A DNA stretch of 28,245 bases from a virus: UHGV virus genome UHGV-0133447, one strand, 5' to 3'. How positions within the stretch are numbered: position 1 is the stretch's first letter; every line of letters begins with the position of its first letter. The translations under genes and the position numbers were made by a program. Shown one piece after another: positions 1 to 7,341 of this stretch. The notes beneath the pieces are model-generated. The model saw nothing but the letters and a program-made list of their open reading frames with translations, ran no database searches and had not been told where the DNA came from.

Positions 1-205
1 AAGTCGCGATGGTTTCGGATAACAGCCTTACACATGACCACACTGCCGATAACTGCAGGGCTTTATCAACCGTAACGGATTTGCCTGCTGCGGACTGCCC
101 ACCAGCATAAGCAGCCCATAATTCACCGTCGGTAAGTGAGATGGGTACGCCGAGCCACCGGCGAACGGCGCTTTTTATCCGGCCTGGCTTCTTCTCTTTA
201 TTCAT
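1..205 (-). CDS. Portal protein, HK97 family, N-terminal fragment (runs off the window)
   Basis: ATG at 205..203, 7 nt after the TerL stop. My translation is MNKEKKPGRIKSAVRRWLGVPISLTDGELWAAYAGGQSAAGKSVTVDKALQLSAVWSCVRLLSETIAT, which has the typical portal N-terminal motif (ALxLSAVxxCVRLLSETIA) and sits directly after TerL. Confidence 0.8.
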   Translation of the reverse strand, partial: MNKEKKPGRIKSAVRRWLGVPISLTDGELWAAYAGGQSAAGKSVTVDKALQLSAVWSCVRLLSETIAT

Positions 206-211
206 GGTGAC

Positions 212-1948
212 TCACACAATGATGGGATTACTGAAAAAGTCGTCGATATCGCCAGAATCATCCTCATAGCCTTCGGAGGCACCGATTGCCATAGCGCCCG
301 CTACAATGCCGTCGATACGCCCGGTACTTTTTTTCTTGGCAAAAATTCGGTTTTCTTTCTGATCAGCCTCCGTCACTGCTGAAGCCGCATTCCAGCGAAG
401 ACAAGGGTTCGTCCTGATGATAATGACACTGTCATCAAGCAACTCTTCAAACAATTCGATGGAGTGAGGCATCCACAGCCCGGAATCTTTCGCTTTGTAA
501 TACCCTTGCCCATGAGGGATTAACGGAACAGAAACAGATGCTTCCTCAAGCTCCGGCTCAAGATATTTAATGCGATACTGGTCGAAGGCGATGGCCTTGA
601 TATCAAACTTCTGAGTCAGATCTGCAATGCGCTGGGCAACAAAGCCGTATTTCACTGCTTTGCCAGGTGTGGTGTGGATGTGACCATCTCGCTCCCAGGC
701 GTCATAAGGTACCCGGTCCGTTTTGGCCCGTTCCAGTAACGTATCTTTCGGGGTCCAGAACTCCACCAGCAACTTACGTTGTTTTGGAAAAAACAACGCC
801 AGTGCCGTCAAATCACGCGATCCGGACAGGTCTAAACCGCCATAGCATTCCTCACCTTCCAGTTCATCTGGATCAAAGCTCTCCTCACAACCCATCCAGA
901 CATCACTGCTCATCCACGGATTAGCCGCGTCAACCCACTGACAGAAGTTAAGACGTCTGACGATGCTCTCTTTCGATGGCATCCCGCGGGCCTGAGTCAC
1001 CTGCTCACGAAGATAGCTTTCTTCAAAGGTGTGACCCAGCGAAGGGTTAGCTTTCTTCCAGCAGGACTCATCCTTGAAAGGATCGTCTCCTTCATCCAGA
1101 GAACAAATGAAGGCAAAAAAGCTGTCATCTTCTATCGAACCGGCAGAAACCTTTCGGCCGTATTCGTGATAGTCATAGCAGACACTCGTTTTATCGTGCC
1201 CACTGTTGGTGATCATGAAAATCAGCGCCTGCCGACGACCTTTGGTACCGGCACGCATCATTTCAACAACCTGATTGCTTTTATGCTCGTGAACTTCATC
1301 AATAAGAGCACAATGCGGTCGCGGGCCGGACTGCCCGTCATCTGAACTGATTGGACGAAAGAAGGAACCAGACTGAAGAAAAGCCAGGTTCCATTCCTTC
1401 CCGGCACCACCTGATTTCTGAATACGTGCGGAAAGAGCTGGAGACTGATCGACCATCGCCACCGCATCACGGAAAAGGACCATTGCCTGGTCTTTCTTCG
1501 TGGCAGCGGCATAAACTTCAGCGCGTGCTTCTTTATCCGCAGTGAGACAGTAAAGCCCTATACCCGCAGACAGAGGGGATTTACCGGATCCCTTCCCGGA
1601 CTCCACATAGACCATTCGGAACCGGCGAAAACCTCTGGCGTTTTTCCAGCCAAAAATCGAACCGACGATGAAGCACTGCCATGGCAGCAACACGAAAGGC
1701 TCGCCTTCGAAATCACCACCATTGAGCTTCAGAACTTTCGCAAAATAGTCAATCGAGCGTTGCGCCGCCTCAACATCCCAGTGCAGACCACGGGCATGAC
1801 ATGACTGCAGATCGTTGAGGTGGCGCTGGCATGAGTTACGTATGTCAGGACCAGCCAGTTCTTTGCCCGAGGTTACATCCATCGCATATTGGGTTGCTGG
1901 ATCAACCGAAGAACTTATCGAGCGTGTCCTCTTCGGGGTCTTCGCCAT
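212..1948 (-). CDS. terL: Terminase large subunit (Terminase_1 / HK97-like)
   Basis: 578-aa ORF. The N-terminus (QYAMDVTSGK...CQRHLNDL) and a Walker-A-like VESGKGSGKS are typical of this family. It lies between TerS and the portal. Confidence 0.93.
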   Translation of the reverse strand: MAKTPKRTRSISSSVDPATQYAMDVTSGKELAGPDIRNSCQRHLNDLQSCHARGLHWDVEAAQRSIDYFAKVLKLNGGDFEGEPFVLLPWQCFIVGSIFGWKNARGFRRFRMVYVESGKGSGKSPLSAGIGLYCLTADKEARAEVYAAATKKDQAMVLFRDAVAMVDQSPALSARIQKSGGAGKEWNLAFLQSGSFFRPISSDDGQSGPRPHCALIDEVHEHKSNQVVEMMRAGTKGRRQALIFMITNSGHDKTSVCYDYHEYGRKVSAGSIEDDSFFAFICSLDEGDDPFKDESCWKKANPSLGHTFEESYLREQVTQARGMPSKESIVRRLNFCQWVDAANPWMSSDVWMGCEESFDPDELEGEECYGGLDLSGSRDLTALALFFPKQRKLLVEFWTPKDTLLERAKTDRVPYDAWERDGHIHTTPGKAVKYGFVAQRIADLTQKFDIKAIAFDQYRIKYLEPELEEASVSVPLIPHGQGYYKAKDSGLWMPHSIELFEELLDDSVIIIRTNPCLRWNAASAVTEADQKENRIFAKKKSTGRIDGIVAGAMAIGASEGYEDDSGDIDDFFSNPIIV

Positions 1949-2366
1949 TCACTTTCACCTTCGTCCTTGCCGCTGGCGTCAGACCGAATTCAACCAGGTA
2001 ACTTTTAAAACGGCGGTCGGCATCGGCCAGCATCGAAACGGCCGGGTTAGCTTTGATAAGAAAACCACCCTCGGTCTGGACGGTATAGGTTCTTCCCTCT
2101 ACTGCGATAGTGTCGCGCAACTGAAGAATATCAGCGTAAATATCGCATAGCCGTTCAAGGGCTAAGGTGTCGGCAACCGTTAAAACCCCCATCCCGTCAA
2201 GGAGAACAGTCAACCTTCCCCAGGCGACCTTTCCCCAGTCGGTCAGGTGCGCCGGCGGGCTTGGAATTTCTCGCGCCGGAGTCGGTTCTTTATCGTTGAG
2301 TTTACGTTTGCCCGGGTTGCCGGAGACCACTTTGAGGTGGGTCGGTTTCGGGCGTCGTCCTGCCAT
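1902..2366 (-). CDS. terS: Terminase small subunit, P27 family
   Basis: 154 aa. MAGRRPKPTHLKVVSGNPGKRKLNDKEP... and the C-terminal EFGLTPAARTKV are hallmarks of P27-family TerS. It overlaps the terL start. Confidence 0.85.
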   Translation of the reverse strand: MAGRRPKPTHLKVVSGNPGKRKLNDKEPTPAREIPSPPAHLTDWGKVAWGRLTVLLDGMGVLTVADTLALERLCDIYADILQLRDTIAVEGRTYTVQTEGGFLIKANPAVSMLADADRRFKSYLVEFGLTPAARTKVKVNGEDPEEDTLDKFFG

Positions 2367-2483
2367 CGGAACCTCCCGGAAAAAAACTTTTCATTTCGCG
2401 GTTGTGCACAAAAAGGAGGGGCGGCGGTCATTTCGGGTCAGACTTCTGAACTTTTGACCCGCCCCTCCCCTATGGAATTGACG
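2367..2483. other. Candidate cos / terminase recognition region
   Basis: Intergenic segment between the HNH endonuclease and terS, which is where cos lies in HK97-like phages. It contains nested dyad symmetry. The location is inferred and the cleavage site is not identifiable by eye. Confidence 0.3.
2410..2468 (-). terminator. Nested hairpin followed by a T-run on the minus strand (intrinsic-terminator-like)
   Basis: GGAGGGGC (2415-2422) pairs with GCCCCTCC (2461-2468). The inner stem is GGGTCA (2435-2440) with TGACCC (2455-2460). The minus-strand reading is followed by TTTTT (rc of 2410-2414). Confidence 0.45.
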
Positions 2484-2825
2484 TCATCTGAACCAGTGAG
2501 AATTTGGATCAAGCGGAATACCGTTTTCATCGCAGCCGATTACGGTGCCGCGCTTCTCCATTCGCTGCTTCGTTGAGTCATGGTGCTGCTTACACAGCCC
2601 TTGCCAGTTCTTCCGGCTCCAGAAAAGCTTTTGCGCTTTCGCTATTGCCTGGCTGTCACCAGAGCGCAGAGCCTCTTTCAGTTTGTGCGGGATGATGTGG
2701 TCAACCACAGTGGCCGCTGTCACCCTGCCTTGCTCCTGGCACATGACGCATAAGGGGTGCGCACGAAGGAATATAAGGCGCTCACGGTCCCATTTGCTGC
2801 CGTATATGCGCGGTTCTTTGTTCAT
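2484..2825 (-). CDS. HNH endonuclease (terminase-associated, HK97 gp74-like position)
   Basis: 113 aa with CVMCQEQGR...VDHIIPH...LCKQHH, an HNH/zinc-finger motif. AAGGGG RBS. Confidence 0.9.
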   Translation of the reverse strand: MNKEPRIYGSKWDRERLIFLRAHPLCVMCQEQGRVTAATVVDHIIPHKLKEALRSGDSQAIAKAQKLFWSRKNWQGLCKQHHDSTKQRMEKRGTVIGCDENGIPLDPNSHWFR

Positions 2826-2880
2826 GTTATCGCCCCTTGAGCATTATCACAGGCACTCAGTGAATGCCTGCTGTAATGCC

Positions 2881-3126
2881 TTAGCTGGACTGTTCAGCGC
2901 TAGTATCGAATAGCGGCAGCGCTTCAGTTGCTTCCTGCACTGCTTTCATCGTCTTTGCCACCACTTCAGTCTCTGATGTGACACGGCTGTATTGCTGGAT
3001 GAATAACTGATACTTGAGCGTACTATCCTGAACAAATTCTACAGCGACCTTTGCAGCGGCAGTGTCTTAGTTCAGGGTGGAAAGTAGGTTAAGACGAATC
3101 TGCTGGGCGTCGGTGATTTCGACCAT
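2881..3126 (-). pseudogene. Small ORF interrupted by an in-frame TAA (possible pseudogene or readthrough)
   Basis: ATG at 3126, then 19 codons (MVEITDAQQIRLNLLSTLN), then TAA at 3069..3067. The same frame stays open for 61 more protein-like codons (DTAAAKVAVEFVQDSTLKYQLFIQQYSRVTSETEVVAKTMKAVQEATEALPLFDTSAEQSS) to TAA at 2883..2881. Confidence 0.35.
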
Positions 3127-3191
3127 GTCGTACCTCTATGCGATGTGGGGAGCATTATCGAAGCCATTCGGCAGAATGGCTCCTGTAATGC

Positions 3192-3392
3192 CTACTGTCG
3201 TTCCAGGTGTTCGTAACGTGAAATTGTCTTGCCGTTTGCGTTCATCACGTAGGCAATCTCTCCCTGCTTCAGGAATACGTTCTGGTCCATTCCAGACACC
3301 GCGATACTCTGCTGGTTGGGGTTGAAACCAACGCTCAGGCCACAATGGATTTCTTCGCCACCATCTGGTGACATCACTTTTACTGTTAACAT
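3192..3392 (-). CDS. Hypothetical small phage protein (66 aa)
   Basis: ORF with AGGAG 8 nt upstream of the ATG. In late-operon orientation. No family recognised. Confidence 0.6.
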   Translation of the reverse strand: MLTVKVMSPDGGEEIHCGLSVGFNPNQQSIAVSGMDQNVFLKQGEIAYVMNANGKTISRYEHLERQ

Positions 3393-3413
3393 GCTTCTTC
3401 TCCTGCTTCTGGT

Positions 3414-3439
3414 AATAAAAAGCCCCGCTATTGCGAGGC
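3414..3439 (-). terminator. Rho-independent terminator (minus strand)
   Basis: Minus-strand reading is GCCTCGC-AATA-GCGGGGC followed by TTTTTATT. Confidence 0.6.
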
Positions 3440-3527
3440 ATCACGATTAAAGGCTTCTACAGGGTGGCGGACAACATTTCTCCTCTATACTGTTAAATCG
3501 TCGAACTCAACAGAACAGGTAGAAAAT

Positions 3528-3812
3528 ATGATCGATCATTACTACGTAACTCACGCTCAAATCCTGGCGCTGAGAAACGTTGTTGCTTTTATCGTGCAAA
3601 CGATGCCCGAAGAACAAAAAGAAAATGTCCTTCAGGTTTTGAGAAAATTTGCTGAAATAGAATTAATGGATGGTATCGACACGCCGCCTACGAGTGATAT
3701 CACCCCGAAAACAGTTGAAAAGTTAAATAAAGCCTACAAGGCAGTCTTCAATGACATTATCGATCTTTCAACGCCTGGCAGGGAATCTGCTTCAGCAAGC
3801 TACCTGCAATAG
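3528..3812 (+). CDS. Hypothetical 94-aa protein, opposite-strand moron between the lysis and packaging modules
   Basis: ORF on the strand opposite to all neighbours. TATACT -10-like box at 3487-3492 and a hairpin downstream. No family recognised. Confidence 0.6.
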   Translation: MIDHYYVTHAQILALRNVVAFIVQTMPEEQKENVLQVLRKFAEIELMDGIDTPPTSDITPKTVEKLNKAYKAVFNDIIDLSTPGRESASASYLQ

Positions 3813-3834
3813 TTCTCGACCTTATCTCCATGAT

Positions 3835-3870
3835 GGCCAGAACGTTCTTGTCTGGCCCTTTCTCAAGTTT
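3835..3870 (+). terminator. Hairpin with interrupted T-tract after the 94-aa moron
   Basis: GGCCAGA (3835-3841) and TCTGGCC (3851-3857), followed by CTTTCTCAAGTTT. Confidence 0.4.
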
Positions 3871-3902
3871 GCTCAGTCGAAATTCAATATTCTTTGCCTT
3901 GA

Positions 3903-4133
3903 TCATCGCGTAACCCTGCCGGTTGGTTGCGGGCAGTTAGCCTGCACTGATTTGTTGTGCGCCAGAATGTCGCGCTTCGTCTGCTTATCCAGCACATCGA
4001 TATCGTGGTCAGTAAGGTAGATGATCCGCACCCAGCTGCACGCGGTATCAACCACCACCGGGGCGGGTAAACTTTTCGCGCAGCTCGCGATCAACATCGT
4101 CATCGCCCATACGCTTAACGCTCTCTTCAACAT
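3903..4133 (-). CDS. o-spanin (Rz1-like outer-membrane lipoprotein), overlapping the 3' end of the i-spanin gene
   Basis: Internal start MLKRALSVWAMTMLIASC... within the 129-aa ORF. It has a lipobox IASC, lies out of frame with the upstream spanin, and sits directly after the endolysin. Confidence 0.65.
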   Translation of the reverse strand: MLKRALSVWAMTMLIASCAKSLPAPVVVDTACSWVRIIYLTDHDIDVLDKQTKRDILAHNKSVQANCPQPTGRVTR

Positions 4134-4329
4134 CGCTGGCCCCTTTCGTGGCTTCTGCTTTACGTTCTGCCGCGGCGACGCTGGCGGCCGCCTTCTCTTC
4201 GGTGCGCTGCCGGCTGGCTTTCGCTTCTGCTTTACTGGTGCCTCGCGCATGGCCAATGCCGAACGCGCCAGCAATAGCGCCCAGAATGACAACCACCAGC
4301 CCCGCGATAGCTTCTATTCCCATGATCAT
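4048..4329 (-). CDS. i-spanin (Rz-like), N-terminal TM helix plus a charged periplasmic segment
   Basis: 93 aa. N-terminal hydrophobic IAGLVVVILGAIAGAFGI followed by a K/E/A-rich region. ATGA overlap with the endolysin stop. Confidence 0.6.
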   Translation of the reverse strand: MIMGIEAIAGLVVVILGAIAGAFGIGHARGTSKAEAKASRQRTEEKAAASVAAAERKAEATKGASDVEESVKRMGDDDVDRELREKFTRPGGG

Positions 4330-4955
4330 CCCACCAGTACCGATTTTGCTTTCAGGAATCGGGCGCGTCGGTCATCAATGCCGTTCTGCCCGCCGTTGAT
4401 AATCTGGGTCACGCGCACTAAATCTCCGTGGTATTTCAAACATCCGTTTGAGGTGTAAAACCAGGCTGCGCTGCGGGCCGCATTAATATATTTCTCCAAC
4501 AACTCAGGGTTGCTGACTAAATCCAGTTTCAGTGCATTACCGCACTTCATATAATTTTCGAGGAAGGTGATCCCGATAATTCCACGCCCGCGGTATTTCC
4601 AGCCATCGCCCGCAGCCTTATTGCCAAAACGATTGTTGTAGACGAGATTAGCGATCGCTCGTTGACGTTCGATCGGTAAAACCTTTTCGTAAGTTTTACG
4701 CCCCAGGGTGTTCGCCTGGTCCTGCGTGATGCGCTTTGCCTTCACAAAACCAGCCAGGCCGGCAACGCTATAGTTAAAACTTTCGACCATCTGGGTAAAT
4801 GACGTGCTTTCGTGTCCACACTGCGCTATGAACATCGCCTGATCGAGTGGAGCTGTAATGCCGAATTCTTTCATCGCAGCATCAATATGCGGAAACCAGC
4901 GCGCAGCTAACCCGGCGCTGATACCAGCCGCCCTTTGAAATTGTGATTGGTTCAT
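4326..4955 (-). CDS. Endolysin, glycoside hydrolase family 19 (chitinase-like)
   Basis: 209 aa with FIAQCGHESTSF and YRGRGIIGITFLENY, which are GH19 catalytic-region motifs. Sits after the holin genes. Confidence 0.92.
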   Translation of the reverse strand: MNQSQFQRAAGISAGLAARWFPHIDAAMKEFGITAPLDQAMFIAQCGHESTSFTQMVESFNYSVAGLAGFVKAKRITQDQANTLGRKTYEKVLPIERQRAIANLVYNNRFGNKAAGDGWKYRGRGIIGITFLENYMKCGNALKLDLVSNPELLEKYINAARSAAWFYTSNGCLKYHGDLVRVTQIINGGQNGIDDRRARFLKAKSVLVG

Positions 4956-5233
4956 CAGTGCCTCAGTGCATCAACCAGTCGCGCCACATTCCCCCTGAAC
5001 CAGAGAACCGCGCCGCAGATAAGAATGTTAGCCAGCACCACCAGCCAGTGGGATGACTCGTACAGGCCAAACAGGAAACGGAAAGGGATGCTGGCATAAA
5101 CCAGCACCATGAGATAAGCCAGAACGGATATGCCCGGACGGTGTCTCGCACTACCTCGTTGGTAGAACATCAATGCCAGCACAATGACGGCGCAAATGAC
5201 TGCATTGGCCAGCGCTGAAGGATCATTTACCAC
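4955..5233 (-). CDS. Holin/antiholin-like small membrane protein
   Basis: 92 aa with about 3 hydrophobic helices and a charged C-terminus. Immediately upstream of the endolysin. Confidence 0.6.
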   Translation of the reverse strand: MVNDPSALANAVICAVIVLALMFYQRGSARHRPGISVLAYLMVLVYASIPFRFLFGLYESSHWLVVLANILICGAVLWFRGNVARLVDALRH

Positions 5234-5612
5234 TTGAACCTCCTCCCCGGAACCGGGTCAGCATATTGAACAAGCTATTTAGATCCTGGCTGTTGAGAAA
5301 CGTCAGAACTTTGATGATAAGCGCTGATATTAATACGGCTCCCAACGCATCAAGCGGACGGTCGCTGTAGCCAGTCCAGCTTGAAAGCTTGGAACCCACC
5401 AGACCGGCGCCCAGAACACCAACAATGAATGACGTCATAAAGTATGCCACCAGCTTACCGCGCGATATGTTAGCTGCCGTGGCCACGTAAAAAACCGCCC
5501 CGGCGAACGCACCAAATACCACGCCGTAATCTATTCCGGTAGCCAGACCGAACATGCTAGCCCCCATCAGGCCGCCGGCCGCAACTGAAGTACCAGAGAC
5601 AGGATCGGACAT
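5223..5612 (-). CDS. Holin-like membrane protein
   Basis: 129 aa, multi-TM and Gly/Ala-rich. GAGGGGG RBS. First gene of the lysis cassette. Confidence 0.6.
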   Translation of the reverse strand: MSDPVSGTSVAAGGLMGASMFGLATGIDYGVVFGAFAGAVFYVATAANISRGKLVAYFMTSFIVGVLGAGLVGSKLSSWTGYSDRPLDALGAVLISALIIKVLTFLNSQDLNSLFNMLTRFRGGGSSGK

Positions 5613-5657
5613 TTAGCCCCCTCTATTGCTGTGGATCCTCTCAGAACGAGGGGAAAA

Positions 5658-5671
5658 TAGGATGGCCGCCA
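5658..5671. repeat. 14-bp direct repeat TAGGATGGCCGCCA (left copy) flanking a moron cassette
   Basis: Identical 14-mer at 5658-5671 and 6271-6284. Confidence 0.8.
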
Positions 5672-5854
5672 TGTGACAGCCACCAAAAATCACTGTAAAA
5701 ATATCAGGATTCACCACCCTCTCAGACGGATTTATTCTTCTTGTTCAGTCTCGTCCGCGTACGAAGCCAAGGATGTATCCAAGACCAAAACAAGAAAAAC
5801 CGAATCCCACCACGGGTAATACTGAATAAATAAAATCAGGCATAGGGAAATCTC

Positions 5855-6265
5855 ATGGAAATTATTTCAGTAATCGGAGTGATACTGACACTGCTAGGGC
5901 TCTTTATTCCGTCACTAATCAGTAACCATTCGTCACGTAAGGCAGAGTTCAGGAAGCATTCCGCACCACTGCTGGGAAAGTTGCTAAGCGAAATTGAGGC
6001 TATTGAAGGAGGCTCTTATCCATTCAGGCTTATCAGCGATGCTGATTTCAACCAGTTGCTACCTTACGCCCCGAGGCGCAGGAAAAACGCTCTCCTTGAT
6101 GCTTACACCAGTTATCTCGACGCTCATACGATGGCCACCACGAAGCACTGGCACGATGAACATCCATCCGATGGAATGCTATTTTTCCCGACGGGTTTCT
6201 CAGTCACTAATTCAGATGAGGTACTGAAGAAAATGCAACCTCTGAAAAAAGAACTCAGCAGATAG
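5855..6265 (+). CDS. Hypothetical N-terminally membrane-anchored protein (136 aa), opposite-strand moron
   Basis: ORF with an N-terminal TM (IISVIGVILTLLGLFIPSLI). Lies on the strand opposite to the late operon and is bracketed by the 14-bp direct repeat. Confidence 0.6.
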   Translation: MEIISVIGVILTLLGLFIPSLISNHSSRKAEFRKHSAPLLGKLLSEIEAIEGGSYPFRLISDADFNQLLPYAPRRRKNALLDAYTSYLDAHTMATTKHWHDEHPSDGMLFFPTGFSVTNSDEVLKKMQPLKKELSR

Positions 6266-6270
6266 TCCTT

Positions 6271-6284
6271 TAGGATGGCCGCCA
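6271..6284. repeat. 14-bp direct repeat TAGGATGGCCGCCA (right copy)
   Basis: Identical to 5658-5671. Starts 6 nt after the stop of the 136-aa ORF. Confidence 0.8.
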
Positions 6285-6330
6285 GATGGATTAACGACAA
6301 AGCACAGAGTGAATGATGCTCTGGTGGCAC

Positions 6331-6358
6331 AAATAAAAAAGCCATGCAAATGCATGGC
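6331..6358 (-). terminator. Rho-independent terminator (minus strand)
   Basis: GCCATGCA-AA-TGCATGGC (6341-6358). The minus-strand reading is followed by TTTTTTATTT. Confidence 0.65.
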
Positions 6359-6462
6359 CTTGTGGTTTGAATCCGTTATTTACAAAATGTATTCGAGACA
6401 GTATCTTTCGACTTCCGGACAAAAAAACATATACCGGGACAAAATCTAAATGTAACTGCCTT

Positions 6463-6493
6463 GCCTGCATGAAACCATGCGGGCTTTTTTTTT
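6463..6493 (+). terminator. Rho-independent terminator (plus strand)
   Basis: GCCTGCATG-AAAC-CATGCGGGC (one G.T pair) followed by T9 (6485-6493). Confidence 0.7.
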
Positions 6494-6495
6494 GG

Positions 6496-6522
6496 CCAAA
6501 GAAAAAGCCCACCGAAGTGGGC
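6496..6522 (-). terminator. Rho-independent terminator (minus strand), back-to-back with the plus-strand one
   Basis: Minus-strand reading is GCCCAC-TTCG-GTGGGC followed by TTTTTCTTT. Confidence 0.7.
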
Positions 6523-6549
6523 CTTACAGCTATCATCATTTTTTATTAG

Positions 6550-6662
6550 GTGTGGTGCCGGGTGCCTCCCGGTAAGTCGCCGCCAGTCCACAGACGACTC
6601 GCAATGCGCAAAAAAACATATCAGACTGGCAATGCCCCTCCGCATAGGGGGATTCACCACAC
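6550..6662. ncRNA. Cloverleaf-like multi-stem element of unknown function (strand undetermined)
   Basis: Outer stem GTGTGGTG (6550-6557) with CACCACAC (6655-6662). It encloses three nested hairpins: CCGGG-TGCCT-CCCGG, GCCAGTC...GACTGGC and CCCCT-CCGCAT-AGGGG. The ORFs on the track here look spurious. Confidence 0.35.
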
Positions 6663-6744
6663 GGATAATTTAGGATGTAGTCATAGGCGGCGTCAATAAC
6701 TGACACTCTGTCAAAGGCATCATTACGATGCCTTTTGCACAGTG

Positions 6745-6900
6745 CTAATCACTGGATCTAATAAGGGGCCAGAGCAAAGCGATTACCCCGGCTACCAGCA
6801 CGCCATCAGCCAGGATTGACATCATTTTGCTGGTGAAGTCGATAGCAACCACCAGAAACAAAAGCACCCCGGCTGCGGCCCAGCGAAGTTTACCGATCAC
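6745..6900 (-). CDS. Small two-TM membrane ORF (51 aa), translationally coupled to the TerB-domain gene
   Basis: Below the ORF-track cutoff. The GTG start overlaps the TerB stop (GTGA). Translation is (M)IGKLRWAAAGVLLFLVVAIDFTSKMMSILADGVLVAGVIALLWPLIRSSD. Hairpin at 6713-6735 downstream. Confidence 0.5.
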   Translation of the reverse strand: MIGKLRWAAAGVLLFLVVAIDFTSKMMSILADGVLVAGVIALLWPLIRSSD

Positions 6901-7322
6901 AGGTACTGGTCCAGAGGAAGTTGCAGAGCCTGGGCAATTTTCTTCAGCTGTTTCTCTTCTTCTTCCCCGATGCCGTCGTTATCAGCTACATCAAGACACA
7001 GGCAAAGAACATCGACAGCGTCATCCGTCCCGGCAACGTCAGCCAGTTCGCGCAACGCCTGAGCGTTGGCTGAACGTGGTGATGCTTCATAGCGAGCGCG
7101 AATATTCGAACTCATCTGGGCAATTTCACCAGCAAATGGCGCGAATGCCGGGAGGGCCGAAATAGTCTTCTCCAGCACTGCAATCTCTTTTGCATCGCAG
7201 GTACCATCGGCGTATGCAATCGAGTACGCTCCCCAGACCGTGGCTTCTACGGCATCGCGGTTTTCCATTTTTTTTACTTCAACAACGGCTTTACGGGCTT
7301 TCTTTTTAAAAATACCGAACAT
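6897..7322 (-). CDS. TerB-domain (tellurite-resistance TerB-like) protein
   Basis: Internal start MFGIFKKKARK... at 7322, preferred over 7403 because the upstream part is a stable hairpin. It has the TerB-like pattern AYADGTCDAKEIAVLEKTI ... LDVADNDGIGEEEEKQLKKIAQAL. Confidence 0.75.
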   Translation of the reverse strand: MFGIFKKKARKAVVEVKKMENRDAVEATVWGAYSIAYADGTCDAKEIAVLEKTISALPAFAPFAGEIAQMSSNIRARYEASPRSANAQALRELADVAGTDDAVDVLCLCLDVADNDGIGEEEEKQLKKIAQALQLPLDQYL

Positions 7323-7341
7323 AATTACGTCTCTCTTTAGT

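Noticed and set aside
667-2150. Plus-strand ORFs antisense to the terminase genes (667-924, 1031-1345, 1351-1545, 1815-2150) and similar antisense ORFs within the MTase, lysis and replication genes
   Set aside because: They lie entirely within well-supported genes on the opposite strand, have unremarkable or odd composition and lack RBSs. These are typical shadow ORFs.
3136-3444. 102-aa minus-strand ORF overlapping the 66-aa ORF
   Set aside because: It is in a different frame over the same DNA and spans the terminator hairpin at 3414-3439. Only the 66-aa ORF has a good SD (AGGAG).
6291-6660. ORFs 6291-6539(-), 6367-6549(+) and 6376-6660(-)
   Set aside because: They run through three intrinsic terminators and overlap one another. 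They are most likely artefacts of a noncoding region.
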